63,970 nt of DNA, filler included, from Reclinomonas americana ATCC 50394 (GCA_048213135.1; 15 parts of 15 records of this genome joined end to end with filler, not necessarily neighbours in it); one strand, 5' to 3'; positions 23,276 to 37,159 are shown, numbered from the whole stretch's first letter. Numbers and translations: made by a program. The notes: generated by a model from the letters alone, not told the origin.

Positions 23276-23689
23276 TTTGCCACTTTTTTTCCCAATTTTT
23301 TCCTGCAGTGACAACAAGCACACACCTTGTTATTACTCGTTCCCCACCACAGGAGGCATCGCAGAGACTCGAGAGCGCGTGTTATCTGCTGTACTGTATG
23401 TGTGTCCTCTGAAGTTGCATTTTCCCGACGAAACCCACGCCAATCAGCACGCGGACGCCACTTGCGATCGTGCACGCACAGGCCCCTCTTTTGCTGCGGT
23501 TTTCCTGACTCATACACAGCCCACGTGAAGTGTTGCGTTGTTCATTGTGTGCGGTACATCGCGCCAAGCAACATGGCCACTCTCCCACTCACCGCCTCCT
23601 GTGTGTGTGCGTGTCTTTCACTCTCCGCTGCGATGAACAGACTTGCGTGAGTGACAAGGTGAGAGAAGAAGGCAAACACAAGAAGAAGA

Positions 23690-24819
23690 ATGTCGCACTC
23701 TCTGGCGGAAAAGTTCCATGTGCTCGGCAACTGGGGCACTCAGCTGCTCTATCGCCTGCACTTGGCCAACTCGGCATTGTCGGCGCCCGAGTCGCAACCA
23801 ACGGTGCGTATATATATATATGTGTGTGTGCAGTTGAAGTTGCGGCGATGGATGGTGGTCTGACGGAAGAAAGCGCGACACAGGTGATGCGAGAGTATCG
23901 GGATGTGACGCGCGCTGTGAGCCGCAAGTTCCCCAATATGCCGGAGCGAGAGACACTGGAGAAGGTCTGTGTGTGTATGTGTGTTTGTGTGTTTGTGTCT
24001 GTCTGTGTGTTGGTTATTGTCTTGTCTGCCTTGTCCGCGTCTTGGCAGATGGGCGCACAGTTGCACGCACACACACACACACACGCACACACCATGGGAG
24101 AGCGACAGTGCCTGCAAGGCAGTCTCTTCGGAGATTGTGCATGCTGGTCTCTTTCTCTTTCTCTCTCTCTCTCACACACACACACAGGCGCACTCGCACA
24201 CCGTAAGCGGGTTCCTGTAAGACAAACGCTGATTCAGGGATTGAGCAAGCCGCTCTCTCTTCTGTCTCTCTCTCTCTCTCATTTTCTCTCTCTTTCTTTC
24301 TCTCTCTCATGTTCTGTCTGCAGACGACTGGGTATTTGGAGCTGGAGGCGCGACAGCGGAGTGAGGATCTGCGCAAGGAACTGGAGTCGTACTATGCGTT
24401 GTTGACCGACGCGCTGGACTGGAGTTTGGCGGTGGAGGCGGTGGTGCTGGAGACGGCATCCAAGGGCGTCGACATGAATGTTGCGTTTCATGTGTGTTTC
24501 GTCTGGCTCCCCGTAGTTCATGCGCTCACATACTATTGCAGTTCGAGAACAACACGCTGTTTGTGGAGCAGTTCTTTGATCTGTTCTGCCAGCTGGCGCG
24601 CATCTTCTGCATGATCAGCATGCAGCGCAACGAGTATGTCAGCGTCGTCATGCTGTACAAGGTGCTCAATTTGACCGGTGAGCCGGAGACGGCGTTCCCA
24701 CGTCTGGCCAAGTTCCTCGAGGATTTCGAGCAGCCCCTCCTGAAGCTTCGCGCGTCGCTGGACCCCAGTATCCGACAGCTCATGAGGTACGCGATCTCTC
24801 TCTCTCTCTCTCACACACA

Positions 24820-24855
<36 letters not shown>

Positions 24856-25164
24856 CGTGCCATTTTGTCATTTTCACACTCACTTCTTGCAAGTCCCTCC
24901 CCCCCCCCCTCCCCTCCTCTCCCTTCTCTCTCTCCCCTTCCCTTCTTCGCACTCTTCTCTCATTGTACTCACCGTCTTCCCCCTCTCTCCAGCCGCTGTG
25001 TGGTCATGATGTTGCCGGTGGTCGAGGCGCTGAACATGAGCAGTCTCATCCGCAATCGCCACATGGAGTTCCTCTCGGCACCCGACACCTCCTTCACCTT
25101 CCCGACGGACGACGAAACCAACTTGTTGCTGGCACGCAATGCGAAAGTTGTCGACTGGATCTAC
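23690..25164 (+). CDS. NCKAP1: Nck-associated protein 1 (NAP1, WAVE/SCAR complex), 3' partial
   Basis: LAEKFHVLGNWGTQLLYRL, VSRKFP, LESYY and FPRLAKFLEDFEQPL match the NAP1 N-terminus as recalled. Confidence 0.75.
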
Positions 25165-25282
25165 NNNNNNNNNNNNNNNNNNNNNNNNNNNNNNNNNNNN
25201 NNNNNNNNTTAATTAATTAANNNNNNNNNNNNNNNNNNNNNNNNNNNNNNNNNNNNNNNNNNNNACACCTTTGTTGTCATTC

Positions 25283-25339
<57 letters not shown>

Positions 25340-26142
25340 GTGTGTGTGTGTGTGTGTGAAGCACTCAGATTCATCCGACGGAACATCAACATCCTCTTTC
25401 TCTCTCTCGCGCGTGTGTGTGCGGCTCGCTGTGCTGTCTGTGTCTCATTGCCTCCTTTCTCTCCGCGTCCTCGTTGTGGTGCTCCATTCTCAACCAGCGA
25501 TGTGAGCGAGATGTTGCGGCATTGAGTGTCTGCATGCATGCCGCGCCTGTTCAACGCGACGCCATGGACATCAACTCCCCCGAGCCATGCACGTGAGTCG
25601 GGTGGAGAGGCAACAGCACCCGAGTGACGAAGAGACACGATTCAATGCAACTCGTGAATGTCTCACAGCTGTCCAGGGCACATACGCACGTGGAGGAAAC
25701 GAGTGTGCACTCCCCTCCCTGTGACGTGTGTGGCGAGAAGGGTGGCCATCTGAATCGATGCTTGATGCGCTCTCCATGGTCACACGGTACCAATGTGAGA
25801 AGGGGAGCTCGATCGCTAGGCCGGTGGCCGCTGCTTCAAACAGCGACAGGCTGGCATTCCCGCCGCAGGGCGACATGAAGGCACAGGCACAAGGCGTGTT
25901 TGTGGGTGGGAGAGCGAGGACTCACTCATTGCCGAGCAGCACGTGTCTGCCCATTCCAAGGCCTTATCTCAACCACCCACCCACCCACACACTCTTCGTT
26001 CTCGGAATACTCTTGTTGCAATCCCTCTCTGTCTGCTTTCCAGCTGCCTCCACTTGGTAAGTGCGCGTGTAAAGCGGTGTGGCGGCCAACAGGACAGAGT
26101 TGCACACAGTAACAGCCATCAGTCTTCGTACATTCATTGAGC

Positions 26143-27193
26143 TCACTCCGTCCAGCACCATCCAGGCGCACGGCGTTCAATCACCTCTGCATCCTCCAGC
26201 ACAAAACAACGCAGCACGACATCGACGAGGATCCAGTCGCAGTCATCTTCTTCGGCAAGCAGCTCATTGACAGCCAGCACGGCTGATCGTGCGGACGCAA
26301 CCTCGTGCCGCGCCAGCCCGCACGGCGTGGACCACACTCGGATGGTGGTATCGTTACTCCCACTCACGATATGCTGGCCGTCGGGGGTGACGGCAACAGA
26401 GAGTACCAAGCCAGTGTGCCCATCAAACCGTCGCACCTGCTGTCCACTTGCCAGCGACCACACACGAACTGTACTGTCCACTCCACCACTCAAAATGTGC
26501 TGACCATCGGGGGAAATGGCGATGGAGTACACAGAATCAGTGTGCCCCTCAAACCGCCGCAATTCTTCGCCACTCGCGAGAGACCACACACGCACAGTCT
26601 TGTCGAGACCCCCACTCACGATGTGGTGTCCATCGCGAGAGACGGCGACAGACCACACTCTCTCAGAGTGTCCATCCAGTCGTCGCACTTCCTCCCCGCT
26701 CGCGACAGACCACACGCGAATTGTGCTGTCCCAGCTCACATTGATAATGTGCTGACCATCCGGCGTGATGGCGACAGAGAATACCGCGCTATCTAACCCC
26801 TCCAACCGTCGCACTTCTTCTCCACTCGCGAGGGACCACAGGCGAATGGTATTGTCCAAGCTGCCACTCACAACTTGCAGACCATCGGGAGTGACGGCGA
26901 CAGACGTTACCGTACTGGCGTGTCCCTCCAATCGTCGCACTTGCTCTCCACTCGCCAGTGACCACACTTGCACTGTGCTGTCTGCACTGCCACTCACGAT
27001 GAACTCACCGTCGGGGGTGACAGCGACGGAGGTCACCCACGCAGTGTGTCCCTCCAGTCGTCGCACTTCTTCGCCACTAATTAGTGACCACATTATCACC
27101 GATCCGTCAGAGCCGCCGCTCACGACAAACAGATCATCGGCGGTGGTATGCGTAGTTACACATCGCACCGCCTGTGCGTGACCCAGTAAGACC
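26143..27193 (-). CDS. WD40 protein type A1 (7 repeats + conserved tail ending RRAPGWCWTE); main exon
   Basis: 42-aa repeats GH..V.SVAVTPDG..IVSGS.D.TVRVWSLASG. Confidence 0.9.
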
Positions 27194-28812
27194 TGTGTCG
27201 CCAGGTCACAGTGAGACACACAAAGAGAGAGAGAGAAGGAGCAACAGCCAAACACACGAGTCCCTCACACACGCGTGTGTGTGAGCGAACCTTGGTTGTC
27301 ATTGGAAAATGCGGAGGGATAACTCTCTTGATGCGTTCGCTTATGTTGACTTTCTCTCTTCGAAGAGCAAGCCACCTAGTCGGTACTTTCCTGTGGCGAC
27401 CACGGAGAGCCTGTTCGTGTTTGCGTGTGTGCTTTGTGTGTGTATTGCTCGCTCCCGATTGTCACCGTTTCCCGCCTTTCTCATGCCGCCTTGCTCCGAG
27501 ACGTCGTCCATCCCTCGCCAGGCTGCAACCAGCATCCCACATAGCATGCGGTAGTGTGAGCGACGTGGCTTCGATGGCGCGTGTGGGCTTTTGAAAACCG
27601 AAAAGGGACTCGTCTATGCGAAGTCGACAATTCAANNNNNNNNNNNNNNNNNNNNNNNNNNNNNNNNNNNNNNNNNNNNTTAATTAATTAANNNNNNNNN
27701 NNNNNNNNNNNNNNNNNNNNNNNNNNNNNNNNNNNGCTTAAGGATTGCGCTCCACTGCGTCGTGCATGCCCAGCGACACTCCCTTTCGACTGGCCTGCAT
27801 TCTTTGCCAACGAGGACTGGAATGTCGGGCAGCATGGATACGCAGCTATGGCCCTATTGTGCTGATGCCACCGCAGAGCACATCAGAGAATCCAATGAGC
27901 ACCGAGTCACCTCCTTGGATCGACCCACAGCAAGGTTGATGATGGTACGACGAAGAAAGAGAGCCACGAGAGACAGGAGAGAAGCGACCAGCACAACAGC
28001 ACAGCGGCGAGAGAGGCAGCTGCGTCGCGAGGCTCGCCTCCTCTTACCCAACTCACAATCAATGCCTCGCGCCTTCAATCACACTCACATTCGGTCGGTG
28101 TATCGTCTCATGCATGCACTATGAAGCACGGAACCACGTGCCATCGACGTCATGCCAGTGGCCAACCACTTGCCAGCACGACTGCGTTCAGATAACACAC
28201 ATAACTGAGTCAGTCAATCTCCAAGTCTCACCAACTTGTTCCTCAATACAGACACAGAACACGCACGCACCATGTGTTGCTGGCCCAGCACGAGGCTGCA
28301 GTCTCCCATGGCCACCACCAGCGTCACTCGGTAGTGACAGCAGCAACCAAGAAGCGCACACCATCAATCCGCTCCGACTTGCCGGCCGGGTGTCAAAAAC
28401 GATCCACCGACCAGGCCACCATGTCGCACATCACGGCATGCATATGCAAAAGAACACCCACCCAGCCACGCACCTCATGGCGTGCACGGCCTGCATGAAT
28501 GAGGTGAGTGAGAGGGAAGGAGGAAAGAGAGATCACGCCGAACAAGTCCACACACCTGCTGAGTGTACGGAGGAATGCGGGAGGTGAGCCGGCAATGCGC
28601 GATGCACAGCGGCAGCCGTTCATCGTCACGAAACAACGACGAAGAACACGTGCTTCCAAGGTGTCTGCATGTCGGTGCGCAGTGAGCAAAGGAATGGAGG
28701 TTGGAGAGAGACATGTGCTCTGTCTCACTGACAAACACACCGATCAGCAACTGATACCAACACACGGTTGGTCAAGAGGCAAGCGAGGAACGTTTCTGCA
28801 TCCAGACGTCCA

Positions 28813-28844
<32 letters not shown>

Positions 28845-29508
28845 CAGAGTCAGGATGCAGGCACGCCACCTCACACACTTCGGTGTCGGGATGCTCACCA
28901 TGATGGACTGGCAGGATGGAAATCGGAACACGGTGAGCGGACCAGCATGCTCAGTCTCGAGCTTGTGCGGGAAGGAGAGGTAGATGACAGGAGAAGCAGA
29001 TGAGCGCACAAAGGAGGGAGACGGTGGAGAAAGAGAGAGAGAGAGACTCTACAAGGGACAGGCATCCTGCAGAGCCGGAAAGAGAATGTCCGCGGCACAC
29101 AGGCACAATGGGAAGCAGGGCGGTGCGACAAGGATACGTATACGTGAAGCAATAAGCGAGGAAACAATCATCGTAACTCGCTCAACGGCGACGAAAGACG
29201 CACGCACAAAAGACATCACAAAGAGACGAAAAAGACACAACAGACTAACGAGTTATTCATCGCGCTGGCACACACAAACGGAGGTGAGAAGGAAACAAGC
29301 ACACACACAGAGAGACATGCTTCACGACCTCTCACTCACATTCACGTGACAGGAAAAACCGACGGGGGAGCTCCTCGTAATAAACAATCTCTGCCTTCCT
29401 CTGTCATCCTCTCTTCCCCCACCTGCATCCCTCATGATCACCCACTCTCCCTCGCAAGACACGGAAAACAACTCACAATCACCAGCAGCAACCTTCTCTC
29501 CCTCCGAC

Positions 29509-30548
29509 TCAGCACCGGAAAAGGACGACCTCGGCATCCTCGACGATAAAGCATCGCAGAACCAGCTCGGGAAGACACCGCGAATCTTCTTCCTCCTGCA
29601 TATCCTGCACGGCCTGCATCTCCTGCACGGCCTGCATGGCCGACCGCGCAGCGTCGAGTTCAAGGCGAGCAAGGCCACGCGGCGTGGACCACACTCGCAC
29701 GGTCTTGTCCTTGCCACCCGCACTCACAATGTGCTGACCATCGGGAGAGACGGCCACGGACGAAACCCATCCGTCATGTCCCTCCAACCGTCGCACTTCC
29801 TCTCCACTTGCCAGAGACCACACCCAAATTGTGCAGTCCCCACTCCGACTCACAATATGCTGACCGTCGGGAGAGACGGCGATCGATTGTACAAATGCAG
29901 TGTGTCCCTCCAACCGTCTCACCTCCTCCCCGCTCGTAACTGACCACACTCGCACGGTGCAGTCCCCGCTCCCACTCACGATGCGCTGTCCATCAGCGGT
30001 GACGGCAACAGCGTATACCCATCCAGCGTGTCCCGCCAACCGTCGCACCTCCTCGCCGCTCGCCAGTGACCACAACCGCACTATGTTGTCTCCACCGCCA
30101 CTGACAATGTGTTGACCATCGGGGGTGACGGCGACTGACCACACCATGTCGGTGTGTCCCTCCAGCCGTCGCATCTCCTCACCACTCTCCAGTGACCACA
30201 CCCGTACAGTCTTGTCGAAGCCGCCGCTGACGACGCGCTGTCCATCGGGAGTGAATGCGACCGAAAGCACCGCATTGGTGTGGCCCTCCAGCGGTCGCTC
30301 TTCGTCACCACTTGTCAGAGACCACACACGCACGGTGTTCTCTCCATCCCCACTCACAACGTGCTGACCATCTGGAGTGACGGCGACGCAGAACACCATG
30401 TAAGTGTATGCCTCCAGTTGTCGCACCTCCTTGCCACTCGCCAGAGACCACACTCGAATGGTCTTGTCCGTACACCCACCGACAATGCGCTTGCCATCGG
30501 GAGTGATGGTGACGGACCGCGCCACAGAAGCGAGACTCTGAATGATCT
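29509..30548 (-). CDS. WD40 protein type B1 (7 repeats + tail ending EDAEVVLFRC); main exon
   Basis: Same repeat consensus; tail TPRGLARLELDAAR...LPELVLRCF. Confidence 0.9.
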
Positions 30549-31557
30549 GTGCCGACCACCCGCGATGAGGCGCACAAGCACACAAACAACAACCGCACAT
30601 GCACGAGCACAAGCACACGCTGCGAATGCATGCACAGAAGCCAACCACGCAAAGTGCGCACACATCCACACCTTTGTTGTCATTCCCCGTGTGTATGTGT
30701 GTGAGAGAGAAAGAGGGTGTGTGTGTGTGCGTGCTTGCGTGTGTGTGTAGTGTGTGTGGTGTGTGTGAAGCACTCTGATTCATCCGACGGAACATCAACA
30801 TCCTCTTTCTCTCGCGCGCGCGTGCGTGCGCCTCGTGGTGATGTCTGTGTCTCAGTGCCTCCTCTCTCTCCGCGTCCTCGGTGTGGTGCTCCATTCTCAA
30901 CCTGCAATGTGAGTGAGATGTTGCGGCGTTGAATGTGCATGCATGCATGCCGCAGCGAGCCTGTTCAACTCGACACGCCATGAGCATCAACTCGCTCCGA
31001 CACGCATGTGAGTCGGGTGGAGAGGCAACAGCACACGATTCTGAAAGAGAGCCACGAGGCAATGCAATTCGTAAGTGGGGTGCGTCACACCGGATACACA
31101 TGGCAGGAAACGAGTGTGCAGGGCAAGTGCACTCCTCCCGATGGCGGGCGCGGCGAGAAGGATGGCCATCTGAATCTATTCTTGGTGAGCTCTCCATGTT
31201 CATGCGGTGCCAGTGTGCGATGGGGAGACGCGTCAGTGATCTGGCCGCTGCTTCGATAGGCGACAGGCTGGCATCCGCTCCATTATACTGACAGGGACGA
31301 GCAAACACATGTCGTGGTGGGTTGGTGAGGGAGGACTCACTCAATGCCGAGTAGCGCGTGTTAGTTCACATCTCAACCACCCACTCACACCTCGTTCTCG
31401 GAATACTCTTGTTGCAATCCCACGGCACAGAGCTGTGTCTGCTTTCCGGCACCCTGCACTTGGGAGGGCAACAAGGAAGCACCTTGGCCCGTATGACGAA
31501 GTGCGGCAGTCAACAAGACAGAGTAACGCGCAGTGACAGCAATCGGTCTTCGAATCT

Positions 31558-32058
31558 TCATTGAGCGCACTCCGTCCAGCACCATCCAGGCGCACGATGC
31601 TCAGTCACCTGTGCATCCTCCAGCACAAAGCACCGCAGCTCAACAACGACCAGGATCCAATCGCGATCATCATCTTCGACAAGCTGCTCGTTGACAGCCA
31701 GCACGGCCAGTCGTGCGTCGGCAAGCTCTTGCCGCGCCAGCCCGCGCGGCGTGGACCACACTCGGATCGTCTCGTCTCCGCACCCGCATACAATGTGCTG
31801 GCCATCGGGATACACGGCCACAGACGACACAAACCCAGTGTGTCCCTCGAAGCGTCTGACTTCTTGTCCACTTGCCAGCGACCACACACGGATCGTCCTG
31901 TCGTCACTCCCGCTCACAACGTGTTGACCATCGGGAGTGACGGCGAGAGACCACACCGTGTCAGTGTGCCCCTGCAACTGCCGCAATTCTTCTCCACTTG
32001 CCAGCGACCACATTCGTACCGTATGGTCATCGCCCCCGCTCATAATGTACTGACCGTC
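31558..32058 (-). CDS. WD40 protein type A2, interrupted by gap
   Basis: WD repeats plus tail TPRGLARQELADAR...RAPGWCWTE. Confidence 0.85.
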   Translation of the reverse strand, partial: DGQYIMSGGDDHTVRMWSLASGEELRQLQGHTDTVWSLAVTPDGQHVVSGSDDRTIRVWSLASGQEVRRFEGHTGFVSSVAVYPDGQHIVCGCGDETIRVWSTPRGLARQELADARLAVLAVNEQLVEDDDRDWILVVVELRCFVLEDAQVTEHRAPGWCWTECAQ

Positions 32059-34418
32059 NNNNNNNNNNNNNNNNNNNNNNNNNNNNNNNNNNNNNNNNNN
32101 NNTTAATTAATTAANNNNNNNNNNNNNNNNNNNNNNNNNNNNNNNNNNNNNNNNNNNNTATGTGACCTCGCAAGACCTGAGTTGACCAGTCATGGTGAGG
32201 TGAACACAAAGAGAGAGCAGCAGCCAAACACACGAATCCCTCACGCATGTGTGTGTACACCTTGGTTGCCATTGGAAAAGAGGAAGGATAAATGTTACTT
32301 GTGCACGTGCCCACTCTTGATAGGTTCGCTTCTGTTGGCTTGCGCTCTTCGGAGAACCAGCCACCTGGTCGGTACTATACTGCGGTGGTGGTCACGAAGA
32401 GCCTGCTCTCACGTGGGTGCGCGTGTGCGTGTGTGTGTGATTTGCTCGCTCGGGATTGTAACTGTTTCCCGCCTTCCTTCTCCCGCCTTGCTCTGAGGCG
32501 TCTTACATCCCTCGCCAGGCTGTAGCCAGCACCCCACATAGCATGCGGTAGTGTGTGAGCAATGCGGCTCCGATGATGCGTGTGGGCTTTCGAAGACCGA
32601 CATGAGACTCGTCGATGCGAAGGCGGCAGAATGGACATGCAGGCGGTGGTGACACCAGGTCGCGCTCCACTGCATCGCGCTGCTGTTCAACGACACTCTC
32701 TTTTGACGGACCTGCATTCTCTGCCAACGAGGACTGGATTGTCGGGCTGCTTGGATGTGCAGCTGTGGCCCTGTTGTTCATGTTGTCACAAGAATCCAAT
32801 GAGAACCGAGTCATCGAAACCGCACACCTCATTGGATCGACCCACAGCGAGGTTGATGAGGGCACGATGATGGCACAAGGAACAGGAGAGGAGAGACCAG
32901 CACAGCAGCACAAACGATGGAACAGGCAGCCGTGTCGTGAGACTCGTCTCTCTTCACCCAAATCACAATCAATGCCTCGTGACTTCAATCACACTCACAT
33001 TCGGTCGGTGAATCGTCTCACGCATGCACTGTGAAGCACGGAACCACGTGTCTTCGCATGCCAGTGACGAGTCACTTGCCAGCACGCCTGTCACACAGAA
33101 TGGAGTTAGTCAATCTCCAAGTCTCACCAACTTACTCCTCAACGCAGATACAGAACACGTACGCATCAAGCCACGCGCGCGTCTGCAGTCTCCAATGGCC
33201 ATCACCATCATTACTTGGCGTGGAACAGCAGCAACCAAGAAGCGCACATCATCGATCCGCTCCGACTTGCCAGCCGGGATTGAAAACGATCCACCGACCA
33301 GGCCACCAAGTCGCACATCACGACGCACATGTGTACATCCCCCCACCACGCACTCCTTGACGAGCACGGCCTGCACGAATGAGGTGAGTGGGAGGGAAGG
33401 AAAAGAGAGATCAAGACGAACAAGGCCACACACCTGCTTCGTGAACGGGTGCGGAGCCGACTGAGTGAGGTGACGGTCGACAACGGGCAATGCACATCAC
33501 GCCTATCATCGCCACGACATGCTTTCCATGGTCTCTGCATGTCGGTGCGCAGTGAGAAAAAGGAATGTAGGAAGGAGAGAGATATCTGCTCTGTCTCACT
33601 GACAAACGTTAACACACCGAATCAGCATCTGATACCAACACGCGTTTGGGCAAGCGGCAAGCCACGGGAAGCTTCTGCACACACAACCATCCTTCAATAG
33701 GAGGAGAGCGGAGTTAGTCTGCAGTCATGTCACCTCACACACTTCGGTGTCGGGATGCTCACCATGATAGACTGACCAACTCGACGGCAGAATGGCAGTC
33801 GGAAAACGGTGAGCGGACCAGCATGCTCGGCCTTGAGCGTGTGCGGCAAGGAGGGGTGGATTACTGGGGAAGCAGATAAGCGCACAAAGGAGGGAGACGG
33901 TGGAGAAAGAGTGAGACTCTGCAAGGGAGAAAAAGGGGGAGAGCGGAATGACAGGCACTTTCAGAACCGGAAAGAGAATGTCCGCGGCGCACATGCAAAC
34001 ACTGAGACTGAGAGTAGTGGCGCCAAGGAGGCATGCGCAAAACAAGACGCGAGGGAATAATCATCGGCGACTCGCCCTCCTGAGGCACATACACGAATGA
34101 CGGAAGATGCACGCACAACAGACATCACAAAGAGACAAATTGACACACCAGACTACCAAGTGATTCATCGCGCTCGCACACACAAACTGAGGTGAGAAAG
34201 AGACATGCCAACAGAGGGGGACATGTTCCACGCCCACCCACTCTCATTCACATGACAGGACAACAAGCACACGAGAACAATTCATCACCATCAACAACGA
34301 CCTCTCTCTCTTCCTCTGTCGTCCTCTCTTCCCCCACCCACTCTAGATCTCCCTCGCAAGTCACGAATAACAACTCACGATCACCAGTAGCCACCTTCCC
34401 TTCCTCCGACTCACCTTC

Positions 34419-35400
34419 TCAGCACCGGAAAAGGACGACCTCGGCATCCTCGACGATGAAACAGCGCAGAACCAGCTCGGGAAGGCATCGTGAATCTTCT
34501 TCTTCCTCCAGCATGTCCTGCACAGCCCGCATGGCCAAGCGCGCGGCGTCGAGCTCGACGCGAGCAAGGCCGCGCGGTGTGGACCACACTCGCACCGTCT
34601 TGTCTTGGCCATCCGCACTCACAATGTGCTGCCCATCGGGAGAGACGGCCACAGACAACACCCATCCAGTGTGACCATCCAACCGTCGCACTTCCTCGCC
34701 ACTTGCCAGAGACCATACCCGCAAGGTGCTGTCTCCACTCCCACTCACGATGTGCTGACCATCCGGAGTGACGGTGACACAATACACCCATGAAGTGTGT
34801 CCCTCGAAACGTCGCATTTCCTCCCCACTTGGCAGAGACAATATTCGCACGGTGTTGTCCCCACCGCCACTCACAATGTGTCGACCATCGGGAGTGACAG
34901 CGACAGAGAGCACCAAGCCAGTGTGCCCCTCCAACCGCAGCACCTCCTTCTCACTCGCCAGCAACCATACCCGCATTGTGTTGTCTCCACCGCCGCTGAC
35001 AATGTAGTTACCATCGGGGGTGACTGCCACAGACATCACCCTTGCAGTGTGTCTGTCCAGTCGTCGCACCTCCTCCCCACTCGCCAGCGACCACAGCCTT
35101 ATTGTCCTGTCGCAGCTGCCGCTCACGATATGATGACCATCAGGGGTAACGACGACAGACATCACCGTGCTGGTGTGTCCCTCCAGCCGTCGCACCTCCA
35201 TCCCACTCTCCAGCAACCACACACGTATGGTGTTGTCTCCACCTCCACTCACAATGTGCATGCCATCAGGGGTGACGGCGACACAAAGCACCCATCCAGT
35301 GTGTCCCACCAGCCGTCGCACTTCTTCTCCACTTGCCAAAGACCACACACGAACGGTACTGTCCATACACCCACCGACAATGTGCTCGCCGTCGGGAGCC
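34419..35400 (-). CDS. WD40 protein type B2; first repeat and acceptor region deleted relative to B1
   Basis: Six full repeats plus a partial one; tail nearly identical to B1. Confidence 0.8.
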
Positions 35401-35519
35401 ACGCAAAGTGCGCACATTCTCACCTTTGTTGCCATTCTCCGTGTGGTGTGTGTGTGAGAGAGAGGGAGAGCGAGAGAGAGAGAGAGTGCGTGTGTGCGTG
35501 TGTGCGTGTGTGTGTGCGC

Positions 35520-35552
<33 letters not shown>

Positions 35553-36475
35553 GTAAAGCACCAACTCTGATTCATCCGACGGAACATCAACATCAATACA
35601 ACTCTCTCTCGCGCGTGTGTGCGTGCGCCTCGCGGTGTTGTCTGTGTCTCAGTGCCCCCTGTCTCTCTGCGTCCCCGTCGTGGTGCTCCATTCTCAACCA
35701 GCAATGTGAGCGAGATGTTGCGGCATTGAATGTGCATGCATGCAGGCCAGTTCTAACTCGACACGCAATGAGCGTCAACTCACTCCGAGTCACGCATGTG
35801 AGTCGGGTGGAGAGGCAACAACACACGATTCAGAAAGAGAGCAACGAGGCAGCGCAGATCGTGAGTGGGTGCGACAAACCAGCTGTCAGGGCACACACGC
35901 ACGCGCGGGAAACGAGTGCGAAGGGCAAGTGCACTCCCTCTCCCCATGGCGTGTGTAACGAGATGGGTGGCCCTCTGAATCGATGCTTAATGCGCTCTCC
36001 ATGTTCACGCGGTGCCGGCGCCAGTGTGAGAAGGGGAGCTCGAGGCGGGCAATGATTGCCACTTGCCGCTGCTTCATGACAAGGCGACATGAAGGCACAA
36101 GCACAAGGCGGGTGGGTGGGTGGGAAAGCGAGGACTCGCTCAACGCCGAGTAGCACGCGTGTCTGTTCATTCCATGGCCTCATCTCAACCACCCACACGC
36201 ACACCTCGCACTCGGCATGCTCTTCTTGCAATCCCACTGCACTGTGCTGTGCTGTATCTGCTTTCCGGCTGCCTGCACGTGGCAAGGCAGTGGAGAAGCA
36301 CGTGTGAGGCGATGTGACAGTCAANNNNNNNNNNNNNNNNNNNNNNNNNNNNNNNNNNNNNNNNNNNNTTAATTAATTAANNNNNNNNNNNNNNNNNNNN
36401 NNNNNNNNNNNNNNNNNNNNNNNNCATAGCAGAGTTGCGCAATGACAACAATCGGTCTTCGTACATTCATTGAGC

Positions 36476-36745
36476 TCACTCCGTCCAGCACCATCCCGGC
36501 GCACGGCGTTGAATCACCTCTGCATCCTTCGACACAAAGCATCGCAGCATGACGTCGACCAGGATCCAGTCACAGTCACCGTCTTCTTCGGCAAGCAGCT
36601 CATTGACGGCCAGCACGGCTGATCGTGCGGCCGCAACCTCTTGCCACGCCAGGCCACGCGGCGTGGACCACACACGGATCGTTTTATCCGCACTCCACGA
36701 TGTGCTGGCCATCGGGGAAGACGGCGACAGAGTATACCCATCCAG
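36476..36745 (-). pseudogene. WD40 type A3 remnant (tail plus frameshifted last repeat)
   Basis: Tail intact; the upstream repeat is broken and abuts low-complexity DNA. Confidence 0.7.
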
Positions 36746-37159
36746 TGTGTTCCCCCCAACCGTCCAACGCTGCGCAACAGGAACAAAGGAAAGAAAGAAG
36801 AAACAATCAGATGAGAGAGTGGGTTGTGAAGCAAGAGGACAGACATCGGCGAACGGGATGGAATGAGGAGAATGAGAGAGGAGTAGCTTGCTGCAATTAC
36901 GTGAGTGCAAAAAGAAGGGAAGAGAGTAAGCACAAATCGGAATGGGGAGGAAGAGGATAGCAAGCGAGGAACGCGGCACAGTGACGAGCAAGCATCCCTC
37001 AATCGACACGAAGCAGAACAATGCGAGACGAGAAGAAAGAGAGAGTGGGCGCACGGAGGCATGAACAATGCAAGTGCATGACATGAAGGAAGGAGAAAAA
37101 GGGCGGATCTTGAGAAGCAGACGATGGAGAGGAGGGAGGCATTGAAAGGGAGGCCACTG

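Larger units (their letters stand above)
25265..36745. repeat. ~5 kb tandem segmental unit (WD40 A + WD40 B + spacers), at least 2.3 copies
   Basis: 25265-26140 ~ 30660-31560 ~ 35420-36475; 27180-27630 ~ 32160-32620; 27745-29500 ~ 32660-34420. Confidence 0.9.

Noticed and set aside
29509..31344. 611-aa ORF suggesting a long N-terminal domain on WD40 B1
   Set aside because: The upstream part crosses (CA)n repeats and spacer DNA that is frameshifted in the sister copies; probably intron and intergenic sequence.
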